Shown: in pieces, positions 6,612 through 14,804 of the stretch
Layout of the letters: every line of letters starts with the position of its first letter
Numbering within the stretch: position 1 is the first letter of the stretch
Assembly (NCBI GenBank): GCA_043811375.1
Contig: JBDRNJ010000025.1
Span: 1 to 14,804 of the forward strand
Direction: 5' to 3'
Length of the DNA stretch: 14,804 nt
Source of the DNA: a bacterium
GTDB taxonomy: Bacteria; Zixibacteria; MSB-5A5; GN15; FEB-12
Program-made: the position numbers and the translations under genes
Notes under the pieces: model-generated
Database searches by the model: none
What the model saw: only the letters and a program-made list of their open reading frames with translations
What the model was told of the DNA's origin: nothing

Positions 6612-7389
6612 AATCGTAAGCAGCCGCAAAAAACAAGTGGCAGAGATGAACTTCATTGCCCGTATCGACCGGATTATGCCTTTGATCGAGTGTTTACCGC
6701 CGGTCCGCAGCCTGAAGACAAGTTTGACTCGCGACGAGGGAGTATCTCTAATTGCCGAGGTGAAGCGCCGCTCGCCCTCGAAGGGTGTTCTCAATCGGGA
6801 CCTCGAGGCTGCGGCTACCGCTTCCATCTATCAGGCGTCGGGAGCCGCCGGCATTTCCGTGCTGACGGAACCGGAGTATTTCCACGGTAATATTGACGAC
6901 CTGATGGATGCACGTTGGGCAACCGATCTGCCGGTGTTGAGAAAGGACTTCATTGTTGACGCCGGTCAGGTGTACGAGAGCCGGCTGATTGGCGCTGACG
7001 TCATTCTTCTGATTGTCGCTATTCTGAGTCACGATCAGTTGACATCACTGTACTCACTGGCGCATCAACTTGGTCTGGAAGTACTGCTGGAAGTGCACAG
7101 CGAACAGGAACTGACGGCAGCGCTGAAGCTGACGCCGGATTTGATCGGTATCAACAACCGCGATCTGAAAACCTTTGAGATAGACCTCGGCACCACCGAA
7201 AGGTTGGCGTCGATGCTGCCGGACACAACTACCAGTGTCAGTGAAAGCGGAATACACAACCGCGATGATATCCTGCGCTTGCAGGCTGCCGGTGTCGATG
7301 CCGTGTTGGTGGGGGAGGAGTTGGTCTGTAGTGCCGATCCGGGAAGGCGAATAAAGCAGTTGCTGGGAGTGGCGCATGACCAGGATTAA
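6601..7389 (+). CDS. trpC: Indole-3-glycerol phosphate synthase
   Basis: IAEVKRRSPSKG, ISVLTE, PVLRKDF, GINNRDL, SESGI. Confidence 0.97.
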   Translation: MLNEIVSSRKKQVAEMNFIARIDRIMPLIECLPPVRSLKTSLTRDEGVSLIAEVKRRSPSKGVLNRDLEAAATASIYQASGAAGISVLTEPEYFHGNIDDLMDARWATDLPVLRKDFIVDAGQVYESRLIGADVILLIVAILSHDQLTSLYSLAHQLGLEVLLEVHSEQELTAALKLTPDLIGINNRDLKTFEIDLGTTERLASMLPDTTTSVSESGIHNRDDILRLQAAGVDAVLVGEELVCSADPGRRIKQLLGVAHDQD

Positions 7390-7999
7390 GATATGCGGCA
7401 TCACCAATCTGCAGGATGCCCACATGGCTGTCGATTTGGGTGCCGATGCCCTGGGGTTTGTCTTTGCCGACAGTCCACGTAAAGTCAGTCCCGAAACAGC
7501 ACGGGAAATCATTGCCGCCTTACCGCCGTTTGTGGACAAGGTCGGTGTTTTCGTCAACGAAGATCGGGATACCGTTAGGGAAATACATAAGTTCTGTCGA
7601 TTGACCACTTTGCAGTTCCACGGTGATGAAGACCCCGACTACGTGGAATCGTTTTCCATTCCCGTTATCAAGGTTTTCGGAGTTGATGGCGATCGGGTGC
7701 TGGACCAAATCCGTGCCTGCCGTCAGCCGTACTTTCTTCTCGACGCTCACGTTGACGGTCATGCCGGCGGTACCGGCCAAACCTTTGACTGGGAGATCGC
7801 CCGACAGGCAAGCAGCCTGGGGCAGGTTATCCTTTCCGGTGGATTGAATCCGGACAACGTAGTCTCGTCACTGGAGATTGTCCGACCGTACGCGGTGGAT
7901 GTCAGTAGTGGCATTGAAAGCCGACCGGGTGTCAAAGATCCAACAAAGATGAAACAGTTCATTCAAGAGGTGCGGACTTGGGACAACCGGGTAAAATAG
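7376..7999 (+). CDS. trpF: Phosphoribosylanthranilate isomerase
   Basis: [43 protein letters not shown]. Confidence 0.97.
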   Translation: MTRIKICGITNLQDAHMAVDLGADALGFVFADSPRKVSPETAREIIAALPPFVDKVGVFVNEDRDTVREIHKFCRLTTLQFHGDEDPDYVESFSIPVIKVFGVDGDRVLDQIRACRQPYFLLDAHVDGHAGGTGQTFDWEIARQASSLGQVILSGGLNPDNVVSSLEIVRPYAVDVSSGIESRPGVKDPTKMKQFIQEVRTWDNRVK

Positions 8000-9225
8000 G
8001 CTATTTCGGCGACTACGGCGGCCGCTTTGTGCCGGAGACCTTAATGGCGGCTCTGCTGGAGTTGGAAAAAGAGTATCGACTGGCCAGGCGAGACCGGGCG
8101 TTCAGGACCGAGTTGCGCGACCTGATGCAGACTTATGCCGGTCGTCCCACGCCACTCTATTTCGCACAACGTCTGACGCGCAAATGGAGCGGCGCCCGGG
8201 TGTATCTGAAACGTGAAGACCTGGCTCATACCGGCGCCCACAAAATAAACAATTGCCTCGGTCAGGGACTGTTGGCAACGAAGATGGGTAAGAAACGTCT
8301 GATAGCCGAAACAGGTGCCGGTCAGCACGGTGTCGCCGTGGCTACCGTAGCCTGCCTCTTCGGACAGAAGTGCACTATCTACATGGGTTGCGAGGACATG
8401 CAGCGTCAGGCGCCCAACGTGGATCGCATGAGGTTGCTCAACGCCGAAGTTATTCCCGTTACCGCCGGCAGTCAAACCCTCAAAGACGCTACCAATGAAG
8501 CCATTCGCGACTGGGTAACGAACGTAAAGGGAACACACTACATTATCGGCTCCACTGTCGGCCCGCACCCCTACCCGCTGATGGTGCGTGATTTTCAGTC
8601 CGTCATCGGCCGCGAGGCGCGAAAACAGATACGTAAATTGCAAGGCAGCCTGCCCGACGTTGTTGTGGCCTGTGTCGGCGGGGGCAGCAATGCCCTGGGC
8701 ATGTTCCATGCATTTGTCAAAGACACTCAAGTCAGGTTGATCGGTGTCGAATCGGCCGGAGCAGGTCTGTCCGGTGGCCGTCACGCTGCCACTCTCGGAC
8801 GGGGCCGCCCCGGTGTGCTTCACGGCAGCTTCAGTTACCTGCTTCAGGATAAATCGGGACAGGTACGAACCACCCATTCAGTAGCTGCCGGCCTGGACTA
8901 TCCCGGGGTGGGACCGGAACACAGCTTTCTTAAAGATTCCCGACGGGTCGAGTATGTTTCCGTCACAGACCGCCAGGCACTGGCGGCATTTGCCGAACTG
9001 ACTGAGATCGAGGGTATCATACCGGCCCTGGAATCATCCTTTGCCCTGGCCTATGCCGGGAAGATCGCCACCAAACTGGGGCGGGATGCCGTTATGATTG
9101 TCAATCTGTCCGGCCGTGGCGACAAAGACCTGGCCAATCCCGAAGTGATTCGTCTTATCCGCAACAAGAAAACGAGAACCACCCGCCCAACGGGTAAACG
9201 TCACCGGAGAAAGACTGGCAAATGA
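7978..9225 (+). CDS. trpB: Tryptophan synthase beta chain
   Basis: [28 protein letters not shown] (PLP lysine), [37 protein letters not shown] start preceded by GAGGTG. Confidence 0.98.
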   Translation: MGQPGKIGYFGDYGGRFVPETLMAALLELEKEYRLARRDRAFRTELRDLMQTYAGRPTPLYFAQRLTRKWSGARVYLKREDLAHTGAHKINNCLGQGLLATKMGKKRLIAETGAGQHGVAVATVACLFGQKCTIYMGCEDMQRQAPNVDRMRLLNAEVIPVTAGSQTLKDATNEAIRDWVTNVKGTHYIIGSTVGPHPYPLMVRDFQSVIGREARKQIRKLQGSLPDVVVACVGGGSNALGMFHAFVKDTQVRLIGVESAGAGLSGGRHAATLGRGRPGVLHGSFSYLLQDKSGQVRTTHSVAAGLDYPGVGPEHSFLKDSRRVEYVSVTDRQALAAFAELTEIEGIIPALESSFALAYAGKIATKLGRDAVMIVNLSGRGDKDLANPEVIRLIRNKKTRTTRPTGKRHRRKTGK

Positions 9226-10028
9226 AGTCCATAGGTGACACCTTCAGGCATTGCCGCCAGTTTGGACGGAAAGCTCTCATGCCGTTTTTAACGGCCGGCT
9301 ATCCCGACCGCAGGTCATTTGTAAAATTATTTCGGGCATTCAATGAATCAGGTGCCGATTTGATCGAGGTGGGTATCCCTTTCTCCGACCCTATGGCCGA
9401 CGGCAAGACGATACAGTTCTCCTCACAAAAGGCGCTTGTAAATGGTGTGACTGTCGAAAACACGCTGGCCTGCCTGTCGCAGTTGGGAGAGTCTTTTGAT
9501 ACCCCGTTGATTATAATGAGTTACTACAATCCCATATACAGCTATGGCTTCAAGCGCTTCCTGCAACGAGCCCGGCAGGCAGGTGTGCGCGGCTTGATTA
9601 TTCCCGACCTGATTCCAGAGGAAGGAACCGACGTTGAGCGTCTCTGCCGCCGTTACCGTATCGACCTGATCTACCTGCTGGCACCCACGACGGATGCCCG
9701 GCGACGCCGGATGGTTGTGAGACGGTCACAGGGCTTTGTCTACCTGGTGTCAGTCACCGGTGTCACGGGAGCCCGGAAGTCACTCCCCGTCTATCTGAAC
9801 AAATGGATCGGTGACGTAAAAACAGAATGCTGTTTGCCGGTATGCGTCGGCTTTGGAATTGCCGATCTGAAGCAGGCGCTGGCAGTAGCCCGGCACGCCG
9901 ACGGTGTTATCATGGGCAGCGCCATCATTGATATAGTCCGTCGGGCACAGGACCCCCGGCAGGCCGTGACACGGGTTAGAACATTCTTGAAGCAACTTAG
10001 AAAGGGACTCGATTATGACCTGCGTTAG
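9222..10028 (+). CDS. trpA: Tryptophan synthase alpha chain
   Basis: [45 protein letters not shown] overlap with trpB. Confidence 0.97.
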   Translation: MKSIGDTFRHCRQFGRKALMPFLTAGYPDRRSFVKLFRAFNESGADLIEVGIPFSDPMADGKTIQFSSQKALVNGVTVENTLACLSQLGESFDTPLIIMSYYNPIYSYGFKRFLQRARQAGVRGLIIPDLIPEEGTDVERLCRRYRIDLIYLLAPTTDARRRRMVVRRSQGFVYLVSVTGVTGARKSLPVYLNKWIGDVKTECCLPVCVGFGIADLKQALAVARHADGVIMGSAIIDIVRRAQDPRQAVTRVRTFLKQLRKGLDYDLR

Positions 10029-10413
10029 AGGCATCAGGGGGGCTATCAGGATCGATGAGAACACCGCCGACTGCATTCTCAGGTCGACTCGTGAGTTGCT
10101 TCTGAGCATGACCGAAGCCAATGATGTCGTCCCGGAGGACATCGCCTCGGTCTTTTTTACCACTACGGCTGACCTGAATGCCGAGTTCCCGGCCTATGCC
10201 ACCCGTGACCTGAACTGGAAAATGGTGCCTCTGTTGTGCGCCAGTGAACTCAGCGTTCCGGAGGGGATGACCAGACTGATAAGAATACTTATGCATGTAA
10301 ATACTGACCGGTCACAGGCGCAGATTAAACACCAGTACCTGGGTGAGACTTGCAGACTGAGACCGGATCTTTGTGAAGGAGGTAATGATGATGATAGTCG
10401 TGATGAAAGCTGA
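10015..10413 (+). CDS. aroH: Chorismate mutase, AroH (Bacillus-type) class
   Basis: [38 protein letters not shown]...LRPDL. Confidence 0.93.
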   Translation: MTCVRGIRGAIRIDENTADCILRSTRELLLSMTEANDVVPEDIASVFFTTTADLNAEFPAYATRDLNWKMVPLLCASELSVPEGMTRLIRILMHVNTDRSQAQIKHQYLGETCRLRPDLCEGGNDDDSRDES

Positions 10414-11404
10414 TGCCGGCGTCAAGCAGACCGGTGCAGTAATCACGAAAGTCCAGCAACTCGGATATGAGCCGCATCCGTCCCAGGGCGAAAAGAAAAC
10501 GATTATCGGTATGATCGGCAATGGGATCAAGTTTGATCCGCAAACGTTCCTGGCTATGCCCGGTGTTGAAAACGTGGTGCCCATTCTGCAACCGTTCAAA
10601 CTGGCCAGCCGCGAGTTCAAAAAGTCGTCCACGGTCGTATCGCTCAACGGCACTCGCATCGGCGGCAACAAAGTCGTCGTAATGGCCGGTCCCTGTGCCG
10701 TGGAAAGCCGTGATCAGTTGCTCAAGACAGCCGAGGTGGTGGCCGAAGCCGGTGCCAGTATTCTCCGTGGCGGCGCTTTCAAACCGCGTACTTCTCCATA
10801 TAGTTTCCAGGGGTTGGGCGAGGAAGGCCTCAAGATTCTTCGGGAAGCGGGCGACAAAACCGGCTTAGGCGTGGTGACGGAAGTAATGTCGCCCATGACC
10901 GTCGATTTGGTAGCCGCCTACGCCGACATTCTCCAGGTCGGTGCCCGCAATATGCAGAATTACTCGCTGCTGGAAGCCGTCGGTAAAACGACCAAACCGG
11001 TGCTGCTCAAGCGGGGACTCATGTCGACTGTCGAGGAACTGCTGATGGCGGCTGAGTACATACTATCCAACGGCAATCCCAATGTCATCCTGTGTGAACG
11101 CGGCATCCGCAGCTTCGAGAAGTACACTCGCAACACGCTGGACATCGCCGCCGTGCCGGTGATCAAATCATTGAGCCACCTGCCGATAATCGTCGATCCC
11201 AGCCATGCTACCGGGCACCGATACCTGGTGGCGCCGGTGTCGCTCAGTGCCGTTGCTGCCGGAGCCGACGGGTTGATTATCGAGGTCCACCCCAAACCCG
11301 AAGAAGCTCTCTCTGACGGCGCGCAGAGTTTGCACCCGGAAGAATTCGCCGAATTGATGAATAATCTGGGCCGGGTCGCGGTGGCTGTCGGCCGGGAAAT
11401 ATGA
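10391..11404 (+). CDS. aroF: DAHP synthase, type I-beta with an N-terminal ACT/ferredoxin-like regulatory domain
   Basis: MIVVMK N-terminus, [61 protein letters not shown] at 10378-10382. The start could be ATG 10388 or 10391. Confidence 0.95.
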   Translation: MIVVMKADAGVKQTGAVITKVQQLGYEPHPSQGEKKTIIGMIGNGIKFDPQTFLAMPGVENVVPILQPFKLASREFKKSSTVVSLNGTRIGGNKVVVMAGPCAVESRDQLLKTAEVVAEAGASILRGGAFKPRTSPYSFQGLGEEGLKILREAGDKTGLGVVTEVMSPMTVDLVAAYADILQVGARNMQNYSLLEAVGKTTKPVLLKRGLMSTVEELLMAAEYILSNGNPNVILCERGIRSFEKYTRNTLDIAAVPVIKSLSHLPIIVDPSHATGHRYLVAPVSLSAVAAGADGLIIEVHPKPEEALSDGAQSLHPEEFAELMNNLGRVAVAVGREI

Positions 11405-12267
11405 AGCCGCTGTCACAGATGAAAGCCCTGATCGTCGGTCTCGGCCAGATCGGCGGCTCGCTCGGTCTTGATCTGGTGGAGTATGGCATCGTGTCTGAAG
11501 TCATCGGTTACGACCGCGACCCGACTGTCGTGAGTGCCGCCGGAAAAAGGCAGGCTATCCACTCCGTGGCTCGTTCTCTCAAAGACGGTATCAGCCGGGC
11601 CGACCTGATCATCCTGGCCACACCGATTCGCCGGACCATTAAAATGATCCCCTCCGTCTGTCGCCTGGCCGGTCCCGAGCGAGCCATACTGGATGTCGCC
11701 GGCACCAAACGACAGATATTGAAAGCCGTGAACAATGCTGCTAAGGGAACCAACTACATCAGTGGACACCCGTTGGCGGGCAACGAACGCTGTGGCATTG
11801 AAGCGGCCGACAACAACAAGTTCCGTGATCGGCCCTTTGTCCTGGTGCCGATGGTTGTCAGATACCGCACTTGGTTGTCGAATGTGAAACAACTCGTCGG
11901 TTGTCTTGGCGCCGTGCCGATGATAATGTCGGCTGATGAGCATGATCGGCTGATTGCTCTTACCAGCAATATGCCTTACCTGTTGTCAATAGTCTTAATG
12001 GATTTGGCGCTGGAGTCCGCCCGTCACAATCGGCGGTTATGGCGTCTGACCGGCGGCAGTTTCACCGGTGCTACCAGGGTGGCGGCATCTTCGGTCGATC
12101 TTTCTCTGGACATGTTCCTGACCAACTCCGATGAGATCACCGGCGTCATTGATCGCACTATGGACAAACTGCTGGCGATGAAGAAACTGTTGCAGGCAGG
12201 GGACGAGCGACGTCTAAGGGCACTGATCCGACGAACGCATCGCAAGTCCCGCACGCTGCACGGTTAG
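11401..12267 (+). CDS. tyrA: Prephenate/arogenate dehydrogenase (TyrA family), no C-terminal ACT domain evident
   Basis: Rossmann motif [45 protein letters not shown] overlap with the DAHP synthase gene. Confidence 0.92.
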   Translation: MKPLSQMKALIVGLGQIGGSLGLDLVEYGIVSEVIGYDRDPTVVSAAGKRQAIHSVARSLKDGISRADLIILATPIRRTIKMIPSVCRLAGPERAILDVAGTKRQILKAVNNAAKGTNYISGHPLAGNERCGIEAADNNKFRDRPFVLVPMVVRYRTWLSNVKQLVGCLGAVPMIMSADEHDRLIALTSNMPYLLSIVLMDLALESARHNRRLWRLTGGSFTGATRVAASSVDLSLDMFLTNSDEITGVIDRTMDKLLAMKKLLQAGDERRLRALIRRTHRKSRTLHG

Positions 12268-12316
12268 CCGACCGGGTTTATCCCATCAGTTCTAATCCAA
12301 GTGCCGGACCGTGTGC

Positions 12317-14458
12317 CTAACGCAACAAACTCTGTTGCAACGGTGAACCGGTCACCTCCCACTGTCCTTTACCGACATTCCGGGCATCCTCAAATACCAG
12401 GAATGAATACTTACCGTAGTGGGGGACAAGCTGACCGATACGGGGGAGTGACAGAAGATCATCGGATAAAATCACCAGATAACGCTCGAACCCGTCCCAA
12501 TCGGCACCTGTGAGCACAAACGTGTGACCCTCCTTTTTGTACGTCGTTCCGTTTATTACCAAATGCAAACCCTCGTGCGTTACCCGTTGTCTCAGATAGG
12601 GCGGCAGCTCAGTCGGGTTGATTAGTATCGGCAGGTAGTCGCGGTCGTTATCCTGCAACACTTCAGGCGGCTCAACGATAACCGAATCTTCCGTCAGGTT
12701 AATGCCGAATGTTGCCGCCAGCGAACTGTCTTCACTGTCGCCGGCAGACAGCACGAATCGCAGATTTGGCCGGTTCAGGATAACGGACAGGATCGGCTCG
12801 ATCTCATCCGGGTAGAGCCTGCGGAACAGATGATAATCAGGATCAACTGTCAGCGTGGTGATCCCGGCTGGGACAGTCATGGAGAAAAGAGAGTCGACGG
12901 TGTCGAGCAGCACGATTGTGTCCAGGATGAATTCCTCGCCTGAAAATCGTAGCGGCACCAGCAACCGGTATGGCTGATTGCTTTGTTGACTCAACCGGAA
13001 CTGCACTGCCAGTGAATCCGTCTCCGATATGGATGCTACCGTCACGATATCGAGCGCCAACATTGGCGCGCCCGTGCGGTCGATCCACTGTGGGATCACG
13101 TGGTCGAGAGTTCTGCCGGATGTTTGTTCAAAGGCTTCGATCCATTCTTCCCACGAGATTTGCTGTCCACGTTGCTCACGGTATATCTGCTGCCAGCTCT
13201 CGAAGAAAGCCGCCGTGCCGATTTCCCGTTCGATCATGTGGTAGATCATCATCCCCTTGTTGTACCCAATTGTGCGCGTCTCGGGACTGGTGCGTGACCG
13301 AAATCGGCGAACGGGGAAGTCGTTCTCCTCATTGACCAGGCTGACATATTGCTTGAGGATATCCTTGCGGTAATCCCGCGCGGCGGCGGCCGACTGCTGC
13401 AGCTTGTAGCGGTAGTCAGCGCCGTAGACCGTCGCTGCTTCACACCAGTTGCCGCGATCGTAATCAACATACACGGAGTTGCCCCACCAGTTATGCAGCA
13501 CCTCATGCCCCAGCGATGTACCGATTATAAACGGCAGTCGCAATACCCGTTGTCCCAGCAGTGTCCAGGCCGGCATGCCATAGCCGGTGGGGAAGAAGTT
13601 TTCCGCCACCGTGAAACGGCTGTACGGATACGGTCCGATAAGGTCAGAATACATGCGGATGTAGTCGGCGGTAGCGGCCAGGTAGTCTTGGCAAAGCCCG
13701 GTGTCGGCCTCGAAGAAATAGGTGAACACCTCGATACCGTCCACCTGGGTCGACCGCACCACATAAGGAGCCGCCATCATCTGGCAACCATCGGACTGGA
13801 AGGGATTCTCCCAGGTCTGAACCTTGCGATTACCCATGACATCGGATGTTACCAGGTTACCATCGCTGACCGATTCCCAGCTATCAGGAATGTTCACTGT
13901 CAGGCGGAAATGCATCAGCCCATCGTCGCCCTGCGGATAGAACAGCGCCGCCGAACTGAGGTAAGCACCTACTTCAAGTATCGTACCACTTATTTCACTA
14001 CCTACCCGTTCACGAGAAAAACGAGTACCGGACATATCTTTGTGGAATACGGCTTGGAAACTGAGGTCGAATGAATGGCGGCCGCCCTGTGGTATCCGGA
14101 AGAAAACCAGCAGCGTCTCTTCGGGAGGGACAATCTGACCGATATGAACGCGCAAGTCCACCGGCAGTTCCGCAGTGTCTCCCGGGCGAACGAGGTAGTA
14201 GTCCGCTGGTGTTTTGGCGACAGTGAATGATACGATCTGTGCCGTTGGATTCAGATAGAAATGATTCCAGCTTGTGTCTGTCTGGAAAGTACCCGTATCT
14301 CTTATTGTTGCCGTATGGGTCGGTACATCCATACTCAGAGCGATACTGTGGCTGTCAAAAACAACCGGTGATCCGGAAACAGTCGCGGCCGATACCGTGA
14401 TTACAATAGCCGCAGTGATCGTTATGGCCGCAATTGTGCTATAAGTGTTATTCAACAT
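12317..14458 (-). CDS. Secreted M1-family zinc aminopeptidase
   Basis: HEVLHNWWGN...WCEA (HEXXH-x18-E), substrate loop GYGMP, catalytic-Tyr region GYNKG. Start at 14458 (MLNNTYSTIAAITITAAIVITVSAA, signal-peptide-like) has SD GAGGT 5 nt upstream. The ORF track start is 14524. Confidence 0.88.
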   Translation of the reverse strand: MLNNTYSTIAAITITAAIVITVSAATVSGSPVVFDSHSIALSMDVPTHTATIRDTGTFQTDTSWNHFYLNPTAQIVSFTVAKTPADYYLVRPGDTAELPVDLRVHIGQIVPPEETLLVFFRIPQGGRHSFDLSFQAVFHKDMSGTRFSRERVGSEISGTILEVGAYLSSAALFYPQGDDGLMHFRLTVNIPDSWESVSDGNLVTSDVMGNRKVQTWENPFQSDGCQMMAAPYVVRSTQVDGIEVFTYFFEADTGLCQDYLAATADYIRMYSDLIGPYPYSRFTVAENFFPTGYGMPAWTLLGQRVLRLPFIIGTSLGHEVLHNWWGNSVYVDYDRGNWCEAATVYGADYRYKLQQSAAAARDYRKDILKQYVSLVNEENDFPVRRFRSRTSPETRTIGYNKGMMIYHMIEREIGTAAFFESWQQIYREQRGQQISWEEWIEAFEQTSGRTLDHVIPQWIDRTGAPMLALDIVTVASISETDSLAVQFRLSQQSNQPYRLLVPLRFSGEEFILDTIVLLDTVDSLFSMTVPAGITTLTVDPDYHLFRRLYPDEIEPILSVILNRPNLRFVLSAGDSEDSSLAATFGINLTEDSVIVEPPEVLQDNDRDYLPILINPTELPPYLRQRVTHEGLHLVINGTTYKKEGHTFVLTGADWDGFERYLVILSDDLLSLPRIGQLVPHYGKYSFLVFEDARNVGKGQWEVTGSPLQQSLLR

Positions 14459-14721
14459 TGTAGACCTCATGTGTGGTTGTTTGCCGTTTATGCCATCCGT
14501 GGCCTGGATCTCCCAAGAATTCACTGATGTTTAATACCATCACAGTTTAGCTGCGTTTGTCTCGATATTCCTCGGTATCTTCATCAGCATAGTATGATTC
14601 TTTGTGACAATGTCCTAATCTATCAAACGGCTCCCTGAATGCAATCGAGATTATGGCGTTGTAAAAGCGGAGGAGCGGCAAGTCGATCGCAAACAGCATT
14701 AACGGGGGGGATCACAGTCAC

Positions 14722-14755
14722 GTAGGGCAGGTCTGTCTTCAAACCTGCTATTTTT
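14722..14755 (+). repeat. GTAG-tagged REP-like hairpin followed by a T-run
   Basis: GTAG-G-GCAGGTCT-GTCTTC-AAACCTGC-TATTTTT, an 8-bp stem with one mismatch. Confidence 0.4.
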
Positions 14756-14804
14756 ACCCCAAAAGGCGGATTCGAAGGGGGCATCGCCCCTCTTAAAGGA
14801 TCCG

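Noticed and set aside
8041..8877. Long antisense ORFs such as 8041-8877 (-), 11413-11943 (-) and 13349-14074 (+)
   Set aside because: They are shadows of well-conserved genes on the opposite strand, expected from GC-rich codon usage.

Overview
Bacterial chromosomal window with three parts. (1) 1-1297 is the 3' end of an rRNA operon: the last ~1.05 kb of 23S, 5S and a terminator hairpin. (2) 1319-3300 is an accessory mosaic. It holds two orphan membrane-protein genes, then a degenerate second copy of the 5S gene plus terminator, fused to an internally deleted remnant of the first orphan gene. A 5' fragment of a group II intron and REP-like palindromes follow. (3) 3319-12267 is an aromatic supraoperon, trpE-trpG-trpD-trpC-trpF-trpB-trpA-aroH(chorismate mutase)-DAHP synthase-tyrA, followed by a convergent secreted M1 aminopeptidase. 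The most striking signal is a leader ORF (3370-3486) absent from the supplied ORF track, with the core YYWPGVYWWWYY (5 Tyr, 4 Trp, no Phe). It sits in a complete set of mutually exclusive 1:2/2:3/3:4 hairpins. I infer a dual Trp+Tyr-sensing attenuator whose codon content matches the operon's two end products. All pairings and counts were done by hand; no database searches were run.
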